Shown here: positions 12,697 to 24,800 of the stretch, piece by piece
How positions within the stretch are numbered: the first letter of the stretch is position 1
Layout of the letters: each line of letters opens with the position of its first letter
Assembly (NCBI RefSeq): GCF_002113885.1
Contig: NW_018407496.1
Location: 512,994-576,993, forward strand
Direction of reading: 5' to 3'
DNA: 64,000 bases
Origin: Mizuhopecten yessoensis
Lineage: Eukaryota
Position numbers and translations under genes: made by a program
Notes under the pieces: generated by a model
Databases searched by the model: none
Told to the model about the DNA's origin: nothing
The model's input: only the letters and a program-made list of their open reading frames with translations

Positions 12697-12925
12697 TCTA
12701 CAAGGTTACGGCCAATGTAACGACCAATAGTCCAGCTACAAGGTTACGGCCAATGTAACGACCGATAGTCCAGCTACAAGGTTACGTCCAATCTAACGAC
12801 CAATAGTCCAGCTACAAGGTTACGGCCAATGTAACGACTGATAGTCCAGCTACAAGGTTACGGCCAATCTAACGACTGATAGTCCAGCTACAAGATTACG
12901 GCCAATGTAACGACTGATAGATAGT
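12697..12925. repeat. 38-bp minisatellite (~6 copies) upstream of the TRIM-like gene
   Basis: Unit tacaaggttacggccaatgtaacgactgatagtccagc, starting at 12699, 12737 and so on. Confidence 0.95.
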
Positions 12926-13315
12926 CCATCAGCTGAGTCTACCACCTTGTGGCGTTAAATTATCACTAAACCACGGCAGATAATAAAATGCACCATATGA
13001 CCAGATTACTGTTTGTTCTTTATTGTATTGATCTGATATAGGATGACTATTTGCGCATGCTCCGATGGTATGAATGCATATGAGATAGTGACGATAAAAC
13101 ATACATTTGTATATTAGAACAGCCTCATCACTAAAATATACCTGTACATGATTCGTGAAGGACATGTGTGTTAAAATGTAAGGATATACTATAATCAATT
13201 GTTTCTTCGTTCTTGGGAAATACTTCGGTATTGTGGTTGAATTATCCATCCGTTCTGAACGTGTGACAATACTGTAACACTACACAATAAGTGATACGTG
13301 ATTTGTGAATTAGTA

Positions 13316-15034
13316 ATGGCTGAAAGTCTAACACAACAGGGAGGTCAAATTCCAATTCGTGTAAAGGGACAGAATTCATGTATTTATCACCATGGGAAAT
13401 CGTCGGTGTTGTTTTGTGAAAATTGTCAAGACATTGCCTGTACCGAATGTACGTCTTCAATTCACAGCGGTCACAACTTTTTGACTCTGAGTAACGTTTC
13501 TACAAAAAAGAAAAAGAAACTTCAAAAGTTAATAAGCAAAAAAGAAACAGATGGCATTCCTTCAATAAGGAAAAGTATCAAATCCATTGACGTCGAGATC
13601 AAGGAAACCGAAGCCACATTTGAAAGCCTTGCCGCGGACGTAACGAAACAGAGAGATAAACTAAAGCGGAAAATAGATTTACTTGCAGACCAAACACTCG
13701 CTGTGTACGAGAAACTAAAAATAGAAAACGTAACTCTATTGAAGGACTACAAGAAAGAACACGAAAACCATTTCGCGATGTTAAAGGGTCAGATAGAGAA
13801 TTGTAGGTCTCTGATCCAGACTGGAGATGATATCACCGTGTATGACAGTGATGCCAATATTGAATCCCCAGTAGCGTTGCCAGTAAAGCCGACACTAAAC
13901 ACGGCCAGTTTTTCTGCGAACCTAATGCCGCTTGACAACCTCAAACAAGCGTTCGGTACAGTGATGAAAGACAAAAATCCTAGTAATGTCCCAGTGGTAA
14001 GAAAATCTGGCAATGAAGTACCCAAGGACAAGGAAGAAGCAACAGAACAACAAACAGGTAAATTACCCGAAGGTGTCGTCCCCCCGAAAGAACAACGAGC
14101 TGGACAATCTAATAAACAACAGTCAGAATCATCTCCAAAACTTCAACCCGCTTCGAACCAACCATATACACCTTTTAGCCAACCTGAAGAGGAGAATCAA
14201 ACCCCAGTTATAGCACATCCTTGGTCATCTAGACCGTTGCATAATCAGTCAAGAAGGAAGAAGACGAGGAATAAGGAAACCCCATCTCAGCCGCGTCCAC
14301 AGAACAATTCTGTACGGCAGCCTTTGGAAAGGGAAATCATCATTCCCATTACCGTGATGGCGAAAATGCGAAATGGCGACACATGGATAGACGATACTTA
14401 TCTACGAACCATCGTGCGTATTGACAGGAGCGGAAGATTACTAGACACCATAGATCATAGAAGGCAAATCACAGACTTTAGTTTCTCCAATGAAAAGCAA
14501 GAACTTTGGATTTGTTCAATTGACGATAATAGCGTCATCGAGGTGACGTCAGCGCCACCAACTCCTAGGTTCTACACAGACGAGTCCCCTTTATGTATCT
14601 GTGTGACCATGGATGGCCATCTCATCGTCGGCATGTCAAAACAAATAACCAAATTCAACAGCCAAGGAGGCGTCATCATCACAACTAAGCCAACCCTTTT
14701 TTCATTGTTCAGCAAACCGATTGTTTGCCTGCCAAGGCATATCGCTGAATGTCCCGTGACAAAAAATATCGCCGTGGCGGACCGGTCATCAATGAATGTA
14801 TTGGTAATGGACAAACATTTTAATGAGTTATTTCGATACCCCCAGCAAACGCAGATAAATCCCTCGGCGATCTCGGTTGAGCAATTCATTCCTAATCGGC
14901 TTTCCTATCACAAAGATGGATGCATTATCATCGAAGACATTGGAAACAATACCTGGCACCACACTAGTGGTATTGGTGAGCCGTATGGATATTTCCATAG
15001 AAATGATGCAACGGGATTAATTCGTGGCAAATGA
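13316..15034 (+). CDS. Intronless RING-less TRIM-like protein (B-box 2, coiled coil, Q/P/E-rich linker, NHL-like beta-propeller), 572 aa
   Basis: B-box CIYHHGKSSVLFCENCQDIACTECTSSIHSGH. Heptad-rich helix at aa ~60-170. Propeller blades PLCICVTMDGHLIVG and PRHIAECPVTKNIAVADRSSMNVLVMD. Confidence 0.85.
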   Translation: MAESLTQQGGQIPIRVKGQNSCIYHHGKSSVLFCENCQDIACTECTSSIHSGHNFLTLSNVSTKKKKKLQKLISKKETDGIPSIRKSIKSIDVEIKETEATFESLAADVTKQRDKLKRKIDLLADQTLAVYEKLKIENVTLLKDYKKEHENHFAMLKGQIENCRSLIQTGDDITVYDSDANIESPVALPVKPTLNTASFSANLMPLDNLKQAFGTVMKDKNPSNVPVVRKSGNEVPKDKEEATEQQTGKLPEGVVPPKEQRAGQSNKQQSESSPKLQPASNQPYTPFSQPEEENQTPVIAHPWSSRPLHNQSRRKKTRNKETPSQPRPQNNSVRQPLEREIIIPITVMAKMRNGDTWIDDTYLRTIVRIDRSGRLLDTIDHRRQITDFSFSNEKQELWICSIDDNSVIEVTSAPPTPRFYTDESPLCICVTMDGHLIVGMSKQITKFNSQGGVIITTKPTLFSLFSKPIVCLPRHIAECPVTKNIAVADRSSMNVLVMDKHFNELFRYPQQTQINPSAISVEQFIPNRLSYHKDGCIIIEDIGNNTWHHTSGIGEPYGYFHRNDATGLIRGK

Positions 15035-16308
15035 AAACTTTTTTACGTACTAAATGCTTATCGATGAGGGACTGTAAAACGGCTGAATATGGCACCCATC
15101 CTTTATATTTTGGGTAACTGATTTCAATTGTTTGTCCGTTTGACGGATGCAAACACTGCATGAGACTAACGTCGGCCACATCATATCTTATTGTATAATA
15201 TTTTACTGATAAGATGAAGACGCACGTGACTGTGTATGACGTGACTGTGTGTAATGTAACATTATCATTTATTGCCCTTGTTTGGGCAAGTGTTTTGAGA
15301 GCGAAGTCACAGGACAAACTTTACCACAGCTCCAGTACAAAGTATGTCGTCGGAAAAACACTGGGACAAAATAAACAATTCTGGCAACACATGGACAGAA
15401 TAAACTTCATTGACAACACGAAGGGACAACATATATCATACCGTCGACATGCAAAGATACAATACAGCATACAAGGACAAAGTGTATCACAGCGTCAACC
15501 CACCACAATGAAATATATCACATTGTCAACTCACAAGGGCAAAATATACCTTACGCATTTAGAAAATATACATCGTCAACACAAGTATAATATCAGAACT
15601 CAAAGTCCATTAAAGCCGGCAACATAAACAGGATTGCTTTCATAGTTGTATAGAGAATGCTTATTTGATTACATAACGATACGATATGCGATTACGTTCA
15701 CCCGACCACACAAGGCTACCGTACACGTGATCAGACTGAATGCTCAGTAAATCAACTTTATGAAAGAACACGTAACCAAAATGAACTGTTGCCCAGGTGT
15801 GACTGTATTATATAATGTATTTGTTGCATAAAATTGAATTTATCTCGAAAATTGTTAAATTATTACAGTTTATATACGCTGACTTTTCTTTTTTTTCATA
15901 ATTATAAAATACTAAAAAACTGTAAGTCACGTCCACATGAAACCCACTACATAGGCACATCAATGACGTACCTTACGTTGTGATCGACTTTTAAATGTGC
16001 TTTGTAAATGATTTCAGCGCATGCATTAAAATTTAATATTATCCATACTTTCAATTTGTTTTAACAATTTGTTGTTGTGTCAACCATCATGCAACACGAA
16101 TGCTGAAATAATAAGCAGAAATGTGCTTTAATATATTAAATGAGGATGCAGCAAAACTCACAAACGCCACATAAATCGAATACAAACCAACCTTTTCAGA
16201 AGGTAAATGTTTCCTTCACTACAAACACAACGGTTATTGATGTTCTCTTGTTGATGTATCTATAGGCAGTAAAATCTATTTTTAAACATGATTTTGAACA
16301 TATAACTT

Positions 16309-16661
16309 CACGCTTCCACAATTGGTACACTACCCAATTGGTACACGATCAGAAAGATGTTGAAATAGTTCTTTAAAATTGAATTTGTGTATTTTTCTCT
16401 GATGGAATAGCAAAAGAGATATTCATAACCTTTTCCACCAAATAGTTTGTTTTCAGTGGCATTTGAAGAGAACACGATGACTTATAACTAAACATCATAG
16501 AAAACCTGCAAAAACGATGTACGTCGACGAAATTTTGGAGAATTTTGAAGGATTGATTATAGGCATGTTTAAATGGTGACTTCTGGTCCTTATAACCGGA
16601 TCAAACATACGTGTAATTGTAGATCAGTATGGTATTTATAAAAGTAATTTATTTCGTTGCA
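16309..16661. mobile_element. Truncated copy of the TIR element found complete at 26991-27781
   Basis: Begins with the same end (cacgcttccacaattggta) but stops at the duplication junction at 16661/16662. Confidence 0.7.
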
Positions 16662-18199
16662 ACATGTTGTAAATTTGTAATTGTAAACTACACAACCGTA
16701 AGCTGACATAATCAACAAAAGTACAATACAATAAACAATTAACTCTACTACATACAGGTGTCCTATATATGTCCCTGTAATAGGCCCTCTAAAAGGATGA
16801 CTTAAAATTTAGGTTTAACATGGGTTCATGTTTGTACGTTTTATTTATATAATATCAGAGTACGTTTCATAATGATTTTATTACTAAATGAAACAGGTTT
16901 TAATGTAATTATCAACTGATGTTACATTTAATAGCTTGGTTTCTCGGAAGATTGGTAAAATTAGGAGTAAATCTTCTAGATTAAGTTACAAGATAAAATG
17001 AGAAGATAATTTTAATGCAATGTGAATGAAAAGGTATTGAATAAATATGGTATATTTTATTGTTATTCAGAAAGCATTTTTTAAAATGTAACTATTGAGC
17101 ACATGTAACAGTAGCATTGTTTATGTTTAGTGTTAAAACAAAACTATAATCCTTCTGAATCTCAATGTAAAAAGCAAAAGTCAATATATGTATTTAAATC
17201 ATTGGATAAAATATTTAAGAGAAGACAATTACAAATTAACACTGCTGGAGCATAACAGTTGCCTCCCTTTGTATAATGTGTTATCTTCTTTGATATATAT
17301 TGGTATATATATGACAGACCAATTTTATATATCTACACATAAGTGTTTTACACTGGTATCATACAAGGTCGATTTGTATTGAGTTTCTTTCATCTAAATA
17401 AAGGAAAACCAATGCTGCTTACAACTTAAACAGACAGCTAATATGGTTAGTCAGCCACAGTGTATTTTTTAGAAGGAATTTTATTTACAACTGNGAATAC
17501 GAATATATCTACAGGTGCTTCCACAACATTTGAAGTATCATCGGGCACGTTTAGATATTGTCTTTTGTGCGAGAGGGAGCTATGATATCTGGTATAGCTG
17601 CCGGATTCATCCCACACGACTTGAACCCCAGTCTGATATTGTGTGCTGTGATGGAAGATTCTTATGCAAGTCTTGGTCATGTCTACCTAATACCAACTTT
17701 CCCGGAGGCAACGGAGCCACCTCATTGGAGATGCTCTGATCCCGAATAAGCAATTGTGGACGTTCCGACCCGATTTCCTCAAGGAGTATGTCTTAAGCCA
17801 AAGAAATGCCCCATTATATACAGGGTTTACTTGTAATGTTCTCGGTGAGTTAGCGGGACCCTGATCTCGATTCATGCCGCACAGTGATTCGGTTTTCAAA
17901 ATATGGAGACAAGGCTCTGCCCGCTGCGTTAATGCATAATGGAACAGTCCCCCAAGCGGTTATAGTCCATCTCTCAATCCTTATACCTAAACCGATAGCT
18001 TAAAATCCATGTAGGAGTGAAGTAGCTCCAGCGATAAAAAACAACAACATACATACACATAAAAAGTAACGGTGACCTTGGCCTTGACCATGGCACCCTG
18101 AAACAAGCTCGTTCGAGACCTGTTCGCATACTTGACCACTTTAACTTTGATTTCTCTATATATATATCCTTCCAGTAAATAAGTCGCTAGACCGGTGAC

Positions 18200-18760
18200 A
18201 AAATATGACCATACGTTCAATTCAATTCAAACTTTATTGGAAACTTTATTGGAAAAACTTAATGGTACTTAGTAGCATCCTACAATGCAACTGCTAGAAT
18301 ATATCCTTGTTAACGGACCATGTTCATTGTACATGCATATAATAGTGAAGTATTTAATTATAAATATGACCCTCGTTCTAAAATCACCAAGTACTGTTTA
18401 CGAACGGACAGCTTTATCCCCTGATGCATGTATCCTTCCAACCTGATAAATCTTATTGAAGATATGTGGTCAGGTAGACTGGCTACTAGCCGCTAAGTTT
18501 TTATGAAGAATGTGCTAGCTACATTTGCTACTGGCTTATCTGCCCCTAGTTTGAGAACTTAGACATCCAAGTGATCAAACGTACAAGAATTTACATTTTC
18601 AAAATAATTCAATATTCTAGTGATGGAGGCCAGTCTAATGGTAGCAGGGTGATGTTACAAAGGTGGTCACGAACTAAGGGACACACCTCCTAGGTATCTC
18701 TTCAAGTAGCCTAACCATCTAGCACAAAGAACATAGCAGGCAAATTAGAAACTCTTTCGA
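18200..18760 (-). mobile_element. Probable 3' end of a degenerate LINE, in a segment present only in unit B
   Basis: The minus strand reads caataaagtttgaattgaattgaa, i.e. a poly(A) signal plus a (TTGAA)n tail. Segment ~18177-19310 is absent from unit A. Confidence 0.35.
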
Positions 18761-18818
18761 TTTCCACATTAGTAGCAACCTGTGTAAACCAGACATTTAA
18801 ATTTAGTTTAGGTTAAAC

Positions 18819-18845
18819 CACGGAATTATGCTATCTAAGTCCGTG
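18819..18845. mobile_element. 27-bp palindromic micro-element with a 7-bp target-site duplication (GTTAAAC)
   Basis: gttaaac[cacggaattatgctatctaagtccgtg]gttaaac. Confidence 0.75.
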
Positions 18846-19705
18846 GTTAAACTAAATGTACATTGTTCCTCCGTCTACAGCTGTAAAGAACTGCGTGAAA
18901 CTATTGTCCGACGTGTCTAATCTCAGTTGTATCATAGTTCACTGATAAGATTAGGGACACTGATATATATACGCATGGATGTGTACAGTGAAATATTACA
19001 CATTTAGTGTCATTGTATCGGTAACACATATTGGGAGATTTCTCAAAAATACGTGTGCAGTATGTCGAAAGTAGGATAGTATGGGGAGATATGATCGGGG
19101 AATGGTAGCGCGAAAGGGAAACACGACGTTTTACTTTAAAGTTAGGTAATGTAATCAACCCAATCCATTCCAAACGCTTAATTTTCTTTAATGTACCAAT
19201 GACTATCAATGCATGCATTTCTCATGATGCATTGAGGTCGATTTGTGTAAACTTCAACAATCGGGTTTCCTCTTAATTAGAAAAAAAACCCATCTTAAAC
19301 ACACAAGGATACTTTTTCGAAATATTTCCTTCCGGTTGGTAAATACACATTATACAAAGCTTTTAATACCACAACCAGTGAGTTATTTATAAATGACGTT
19401 TTGATGATAATAACATCACTGAATCTCCAACTGACGATGTTTATATGTCACAGTTGATCTGCTATTCAAGAAGTCCGCCGAATATCATAATTTCCGTGAT
19501 ATATGTCGAATGATGAGTGGCAAACTTACAACACGGGGTTTCCAAATATGCAGATTTTTATGAAGATTGTGGAAAAGTTTTCTAGTAGCCATTATCCTCC
19601 CATAGGAAAACGTGCTATTTCTTTATGTGAAATGAAGGTCAATGTTTATTTTTAATTATGCTTATTAGTGTGCCACGTTGTTCCGTTGTCAGTACCTCGT
19701 GTTAC

Positions 19706-19732
19706 CACGGAATTAGATTATCTAAGTCCGTG
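19706..19732. mobile_element. 27-bp palindromic micro-element with a 7-bp TSD (GTGTTAC); empty site at 11726-11732
   Basis: gtgttac[cacggaattagattatctaagtccgtg]gtgttac, whereas the paralogue reads acctc-gtgttac-acaag. Confidence 0.85.
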
Positions 19733-21068
19733 GTGTTACACAAGAAATGACCAACAAAATAACTGAGTTCAGAATGTGGATTACTAAGGGACAACACATT
19801 CCGCACTAGTGGTAGTGGTGACCTTATGGATATTTCTTTGGAAATGTTGCAATGTGCTAAATGCTTATCGGTGAGGGACTGTAAAACGGCTGAATATGGC
19901 AACCATCCTTTATATTTTGGGTAACTGATTTCAATTATTTGTCCGTTTGACGGATGCAAACACTGCATGAGACTAACGTATGCCACATCCTATCTTATTT
20001 GTATAATATGTTACGGATAAGATGAAGACGCACGTGACTGTGTATGACGTGACTGTGTGTAATGTAACATTATCATTTATTGCCCTTGTTTGAGCAAGTA
20101 TTTTAAAGAGCGAAGACACAGTACAAACTTTACCACAGCTCCAGTACAAAGTACGTCGTCGGAAAAACACTGGGACAAAATAAACAATTCTGTNCCACTA
20201 AACTAAGGGTATGTGATTCAATTCCCTCCTAGAACGACTCTTAATCTCCCTGCCTCCTGATTGGCTTATAGACGCGTTAGAGAAGGTAAAATCGAGCTAT
20301 CTAATTTAACCTGGCATTAATATGACTCTAATATGTCAAATCTCATATCAAACAGCAATATAATACTGCTATACATGGGAATGGGGTGCACAAACAAACT
20401 ATCTAAGATAGAACGTGTTAACGATCTCATTCCGTCATATCTAGAACAGTCTACCCTCTGAAATGACGTATACAAAACTTATTTTTCTTGGACATCATTG
20501 AAAAAACAAAATGAAACGCTGTAATGATAGGTGACCTATCCCCCGTTGGTAATATTGGATTTATTATATGGTTATTATAACCACATCATCAGACGAACTC
20601 TATTAACACGAGTAATGGCTTCGTTCAGCAATATGTACGATTACTGTACACATATTCAATATCACACAAACATCACTACTTAGGTAATACATAATCAGTA
20701 TAAATACGAAGAGCTTTATTTCAGTAAGTCGATCGAGAAAGCCAAAGGGAACTTGACCATTTTGCCGTTAGGGCTCATCAGTGGTTAAAAATGAAAATCG
20801 GATAAAACAAAATACTGTATGTAGAAATGTAGTAAATGGGGAAGTGTCAATAAAATCGTTTACAATGCCTTTTACTATTTTATAACTTATGACCGCCATT
20901 TTGCCATTAGGACTTATCAGTGGTTAAAAATAAAAATCGGGCAAAACAAAATACTATATATAGAAATGTAGCAAATGGGGAAGTGTCAATAAAACCGTTT
21001 ACAATGCCTTTTACTATTTTATAACTTATGACCGCAACAAATATTTTATTCTTAAACTGAATCAGTTC

Positions 21069-21335
21069 CAGCTACAAGGTTACGGCCAATCTAACGACTG
21101 ATAGTCCAGCTACAAGGTTACGGCCACTATAACGACTGATAGTCCAGCTACAAGGTTACGGCCAATGTAAGTTCTGATATACCAGCTACAAGGTTACGGC
21201 CACTATAACGACTGATAGTCCATCTACAAGGTTACGGCCAATCTAACTACTGATAGTCCAGCTACAAGGTTACGGCCAATCTAACGACTGATATTCAAGC
21301 TACAAGGTTACGGCCAATCTAACGAGTGATAGTCC
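21069..21335. repeat. 38-bp minisatellite (~7 copies), paralogue of 12697-12925
   Basis: Same tacaaggttacggccaatctaacgactgatagtccagc unit. Confidence 0.95.
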
Positions 21336-21640
21336 ATCAGCTGAGTCAACCACCTTGTGACGTTAGATTATCACTACAACACGAGATATCCTTTGTAAAA
21401 CATAAATTAAGTCGATACTGAAAACTAAACGCTGTGAACATTTAAACAACACCATGTGGCCAGGTTGTTTGTTCTTGATTGTATTGATCTGATATAGGAG
21501 GACTATTTAAGTCCTACTGTCAAAATAAAAAGAAGATATCTTTGTTTAATTGTCTTACACAATACGTGATGTTTTGCACATGCTCCAATGTCTTGCTCAA
21601 GTGCATATGAGATAGAGGCGATAAATCATACATTTGTATT

Positions 21641-21710
21641 AGTCTCGTTCAACCAGACACGTGTTGTCTGTGCAAGGTACGAGTTACCAAGCGTCTGGTT
21701 GAACGAGACT
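21641..21710. mobile_element. 70-bp MITE with perfect 18-bp TIRs
   Basis: agtctcgttcaaccagac ... gtctggttgaacgagact. The direct repeat tacatttgta flanks both sides (21629-21638 and 21711-21720). It is absent at the paralogous site ~13100. Confidence 0.8.
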
Positions 21711-21887
21711 TACATTTGTAGATTCGTGTAAGGACGTGTGTGTTAAAATGTAAGAATATGCTATAATCAATTGTTTCTTCGTTCTTGGGAAATACTTCGG
21801 TATTGTGGTTGAATTATCCATCCGTTCTGAACGTGTGACAATACTGTAACACTACACAATAAGTGATATGTGATTTGTGAATTCGTA

Positions 21888-24800
21888 ATGGCTGAAAGTC
21901 TAACACAACAGGGAGGTCAAATTCCAATTCGTGTAAAGGGACAGAATTCATGTATGTATCACCATGGGAAATCATCGGTGTTGTTTTGTGAAAATTGTCA
22001 AGACGTTGCCTGTACCGAATGTACGTCTTCGATTCACAGCGGTCATGACTTTTTGACTCTGAGTAACGTTTCTGCAAAGAAGAAAAAGAAACTACAAAAG
22101 TTAATAGGCAAAAATGAAACAAATGGCCTTCCTTCAATAAGGAAAAGTATTAAGTCTATTGACGCCGAGATCAAGGAAACCGAAGCCACATTTGAAAGCC
22201 TTGCCGCGGACGTAACGAAACAGAGAGATAAACTAAAGCGGAAGATAGATTTTCTTGCAGACCAAACACTCGCTGTGTACGAGAAACTAAAAATAGAAAA
22301 CGTGACTCTATTGAAAGACTACAAGATAGAACACGAAAACCAATTCGCGATGCTAAAGAGTCAGATAGAGGAATGTAGGACTCTGATCCAGACTGGTGAT
22401 GATATCACCGTGTATGACAGTGATGCCAATATTGAATCCCCAGTAGCGTTGCCAGTAAAGCCGACACTAAACACGGCCAGTTTTTCTGCGAACCTAATGC
22501 CGCTTGACAACCTCAAACACGCGTTCGGTACAGTGACGAAAGACAAAAATCCTAGTAATGTCCCGTTGGTAAGAAATCCTGGCAATGAAGTACCCAAGGA
22601 CAAGGAAGAAGCATCAGAACAACAAACAGGTAAATTACCCGAAGTTGTCGTCTCCCCGACAGAACAACGAGCTGCAAAATCTGATAAACAACAGTCAGAA
22701 TCATCTCCAAAACTTCAACCCGCTTCAAACCAGCCATGTAAACCTTTTAGACAACCTGAAGAGGAGAATCGAACCCCCGTTATAGCACATCCTTGGTCAT
22801 CTAGACCGTTGCGTAATCAGTCGAGAAGGAAGAAGGCGAGGAATAAGCAACCCCTATCTCAGCAGCGTCCACAAAACAATTCCGTGCAGCAGCTTGTGGA
22901 AAGGGAAATCATCATTCCTATTACTGTGATTTCGATGATGCGAAATGGTGGCATAAGGATGAAGAATACTTACATAAAAGCCATCGTACGTAATGACAGG
23001 AGTGACAGGGAAATCACATATTTTATTTCTTTAATTACTTTTTTTCTTTTTCTTTATTTGTTTATTTTCAAAGTATTTTTCACATTACAATAACATTTAC
23101 ATTTCATTAAACATAATGAATTCCACTTTCACACATACTTTCATACTATTTAATATTGCCCTTTTTGTAAGTGGTATTTTTTTTTTTTTTTAATGTTATA
23201 TAAGAAAGGTAGGAAAATCAGATAAGAGAAACAAGAAAACAAAGCATAGTGGAAATAAAGACAGGTAAATGGACGGAAAGAAAGACAGAAAGACAGACAG
23301 ACAGACGGAAAGATAGACAGACAGGAGGAGAAGTACCAGTATTTAACAAACCAATGTAAAGGATAGAAGTCTGGTAATATATAGGTGTCAGTAGCTAAGT
23401 AATTAAGATAATACATTGTATGTTTCAAATTTGTCCCTTTATTTCAAATGAATTTAAATAAGATCATATAATCGGTAAAATGTAGGTCTAGGAAATATCG
23501 ATAAGCCTTTTCCATTTTTTCCACTCATTCTTGAAGTTAATGAGATATATTTCGTCTTTACTATTTGCAATATATTTTTAAATACTGTAATGTTCTTTAA
23601 TTGAATTTTTAATTCCTTGTATAGATAAAGGCACTTTAAGACATCTTGCCTTGTATATATACTGTTTTATTATTAAAATAATACTATTGTCAATTTTATT
23701 AAGTCCATTATAGTTATAAAAACCAAAAAGAAATGTTGTTTATTATAATCAAATGGAATAATCAATGCATCTAATAAGAACTCAAAATTTTGTAAAAGAT
23801 TTTGTGCTTTGTCACATTCCCATAATACTTGCTCTATTGTCTCTTTTTCTAGTTTACACAGTTCACAGTAAGGGCTATCTACTATTCCTGCCTTAAACAA
23901 ATACGCATTAGTTGTCAAAATATGCTGATAAATTCTGAACTGGAACCACTGTAATTTGGTATTTTTCGTAATTTTAAATGGCATTTATATATTTTTTCCA
24001 AACTTCATCATCAAATTGAAATATATCATCCCATTTTTTTACCTGTTGAAATAGTATCATTTTTACAAAACAAGCTATAAAAATCTCTTATCGCCTTTTT
24101 ATTTTTCAAAAACACTTCTATATTAATTGGTATAAATTTATAGTTAACCTCTACATTTGACCTATCTTCTTGTATTACATACTCTCTAATGGCTGTAATT
24201 AGACCCTGGTATCGTAAAAAGTTTGTATTAATATCATAAATCTGTTTGAATTATTGAAATGTGTATAAAGCATAGATATTTCGGTCTCTGATTAGATCAT
24301 CAATTACAATTATTCCTTTATTGTACCATTCCCTGTAAAATCTGCTTCTATTTTCTATTGAAATACTTTTGTTATACCAGATGGGCATTTTGAACTTACT
24401 GCTAGGGGACTTATATTTTTTATTAATTTTTCTCCATGCCTTAAATACATCAATCCAAAATAGATTTTTAGTTTTATTTAGACATTTCGAAATATAATCA
24501 GTTCCACAATTTGCCAAAATGTTTTTATCACAATATAATTTTACAATCACTTGCCATTTACCAGAATTCATATATAACCCCTAACCAACGTTAATTTTAA
24601 CGAGTCAATAAACGACTGTACATGTAACATTTTAGGACCCCCTTTAATATAATCTTTAACAATGACATCTCTCTTAGCTTTATCTATTTTACTATTCCAC
24701 AGAAAATTAAAAAGCTCTATATTTTTTTTTTTTTAAGAAATCAATCATCTGGATTAGGTAAAGAGATAAAAAAGGTGATTGAATTGTGAAATTAATAATG

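Larger units (their letters stand above)
8261..16661. repeat. Tandem segmental duplication unit A (part of the BCAR3 downstream/3'UTR region plus the intact TRIM-like gene)
   Basis: 8261-9080 matches 16662-17492; 10377-10800 matches 17495-17945; 11345-11790 matches 19312-19795; 11951-14485 matches 20195-23030; 14534-16661 matches 25262-27515. Confidence 0.88.
16662..20193. repeat. Duplication unit B: the TRIM-like gene is almost entirely deleted and only its 3' end and downstream flank remain (19790-20192)
   Basis: Sequence homologous to ~11790 joins directly to sequence homologous to ~14945-15383. Single Ns at 17494 and 20194. Confidence 0.75.

Noticed and set aside
12697-12925. CRISPR-like appearance of the 36-38-bp repeats (also at 1-190 and 21069-21335)
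   Set aside because: The units are head-to-tail with no unique spacers, there are no cas genes, and the context is eukaryotic.
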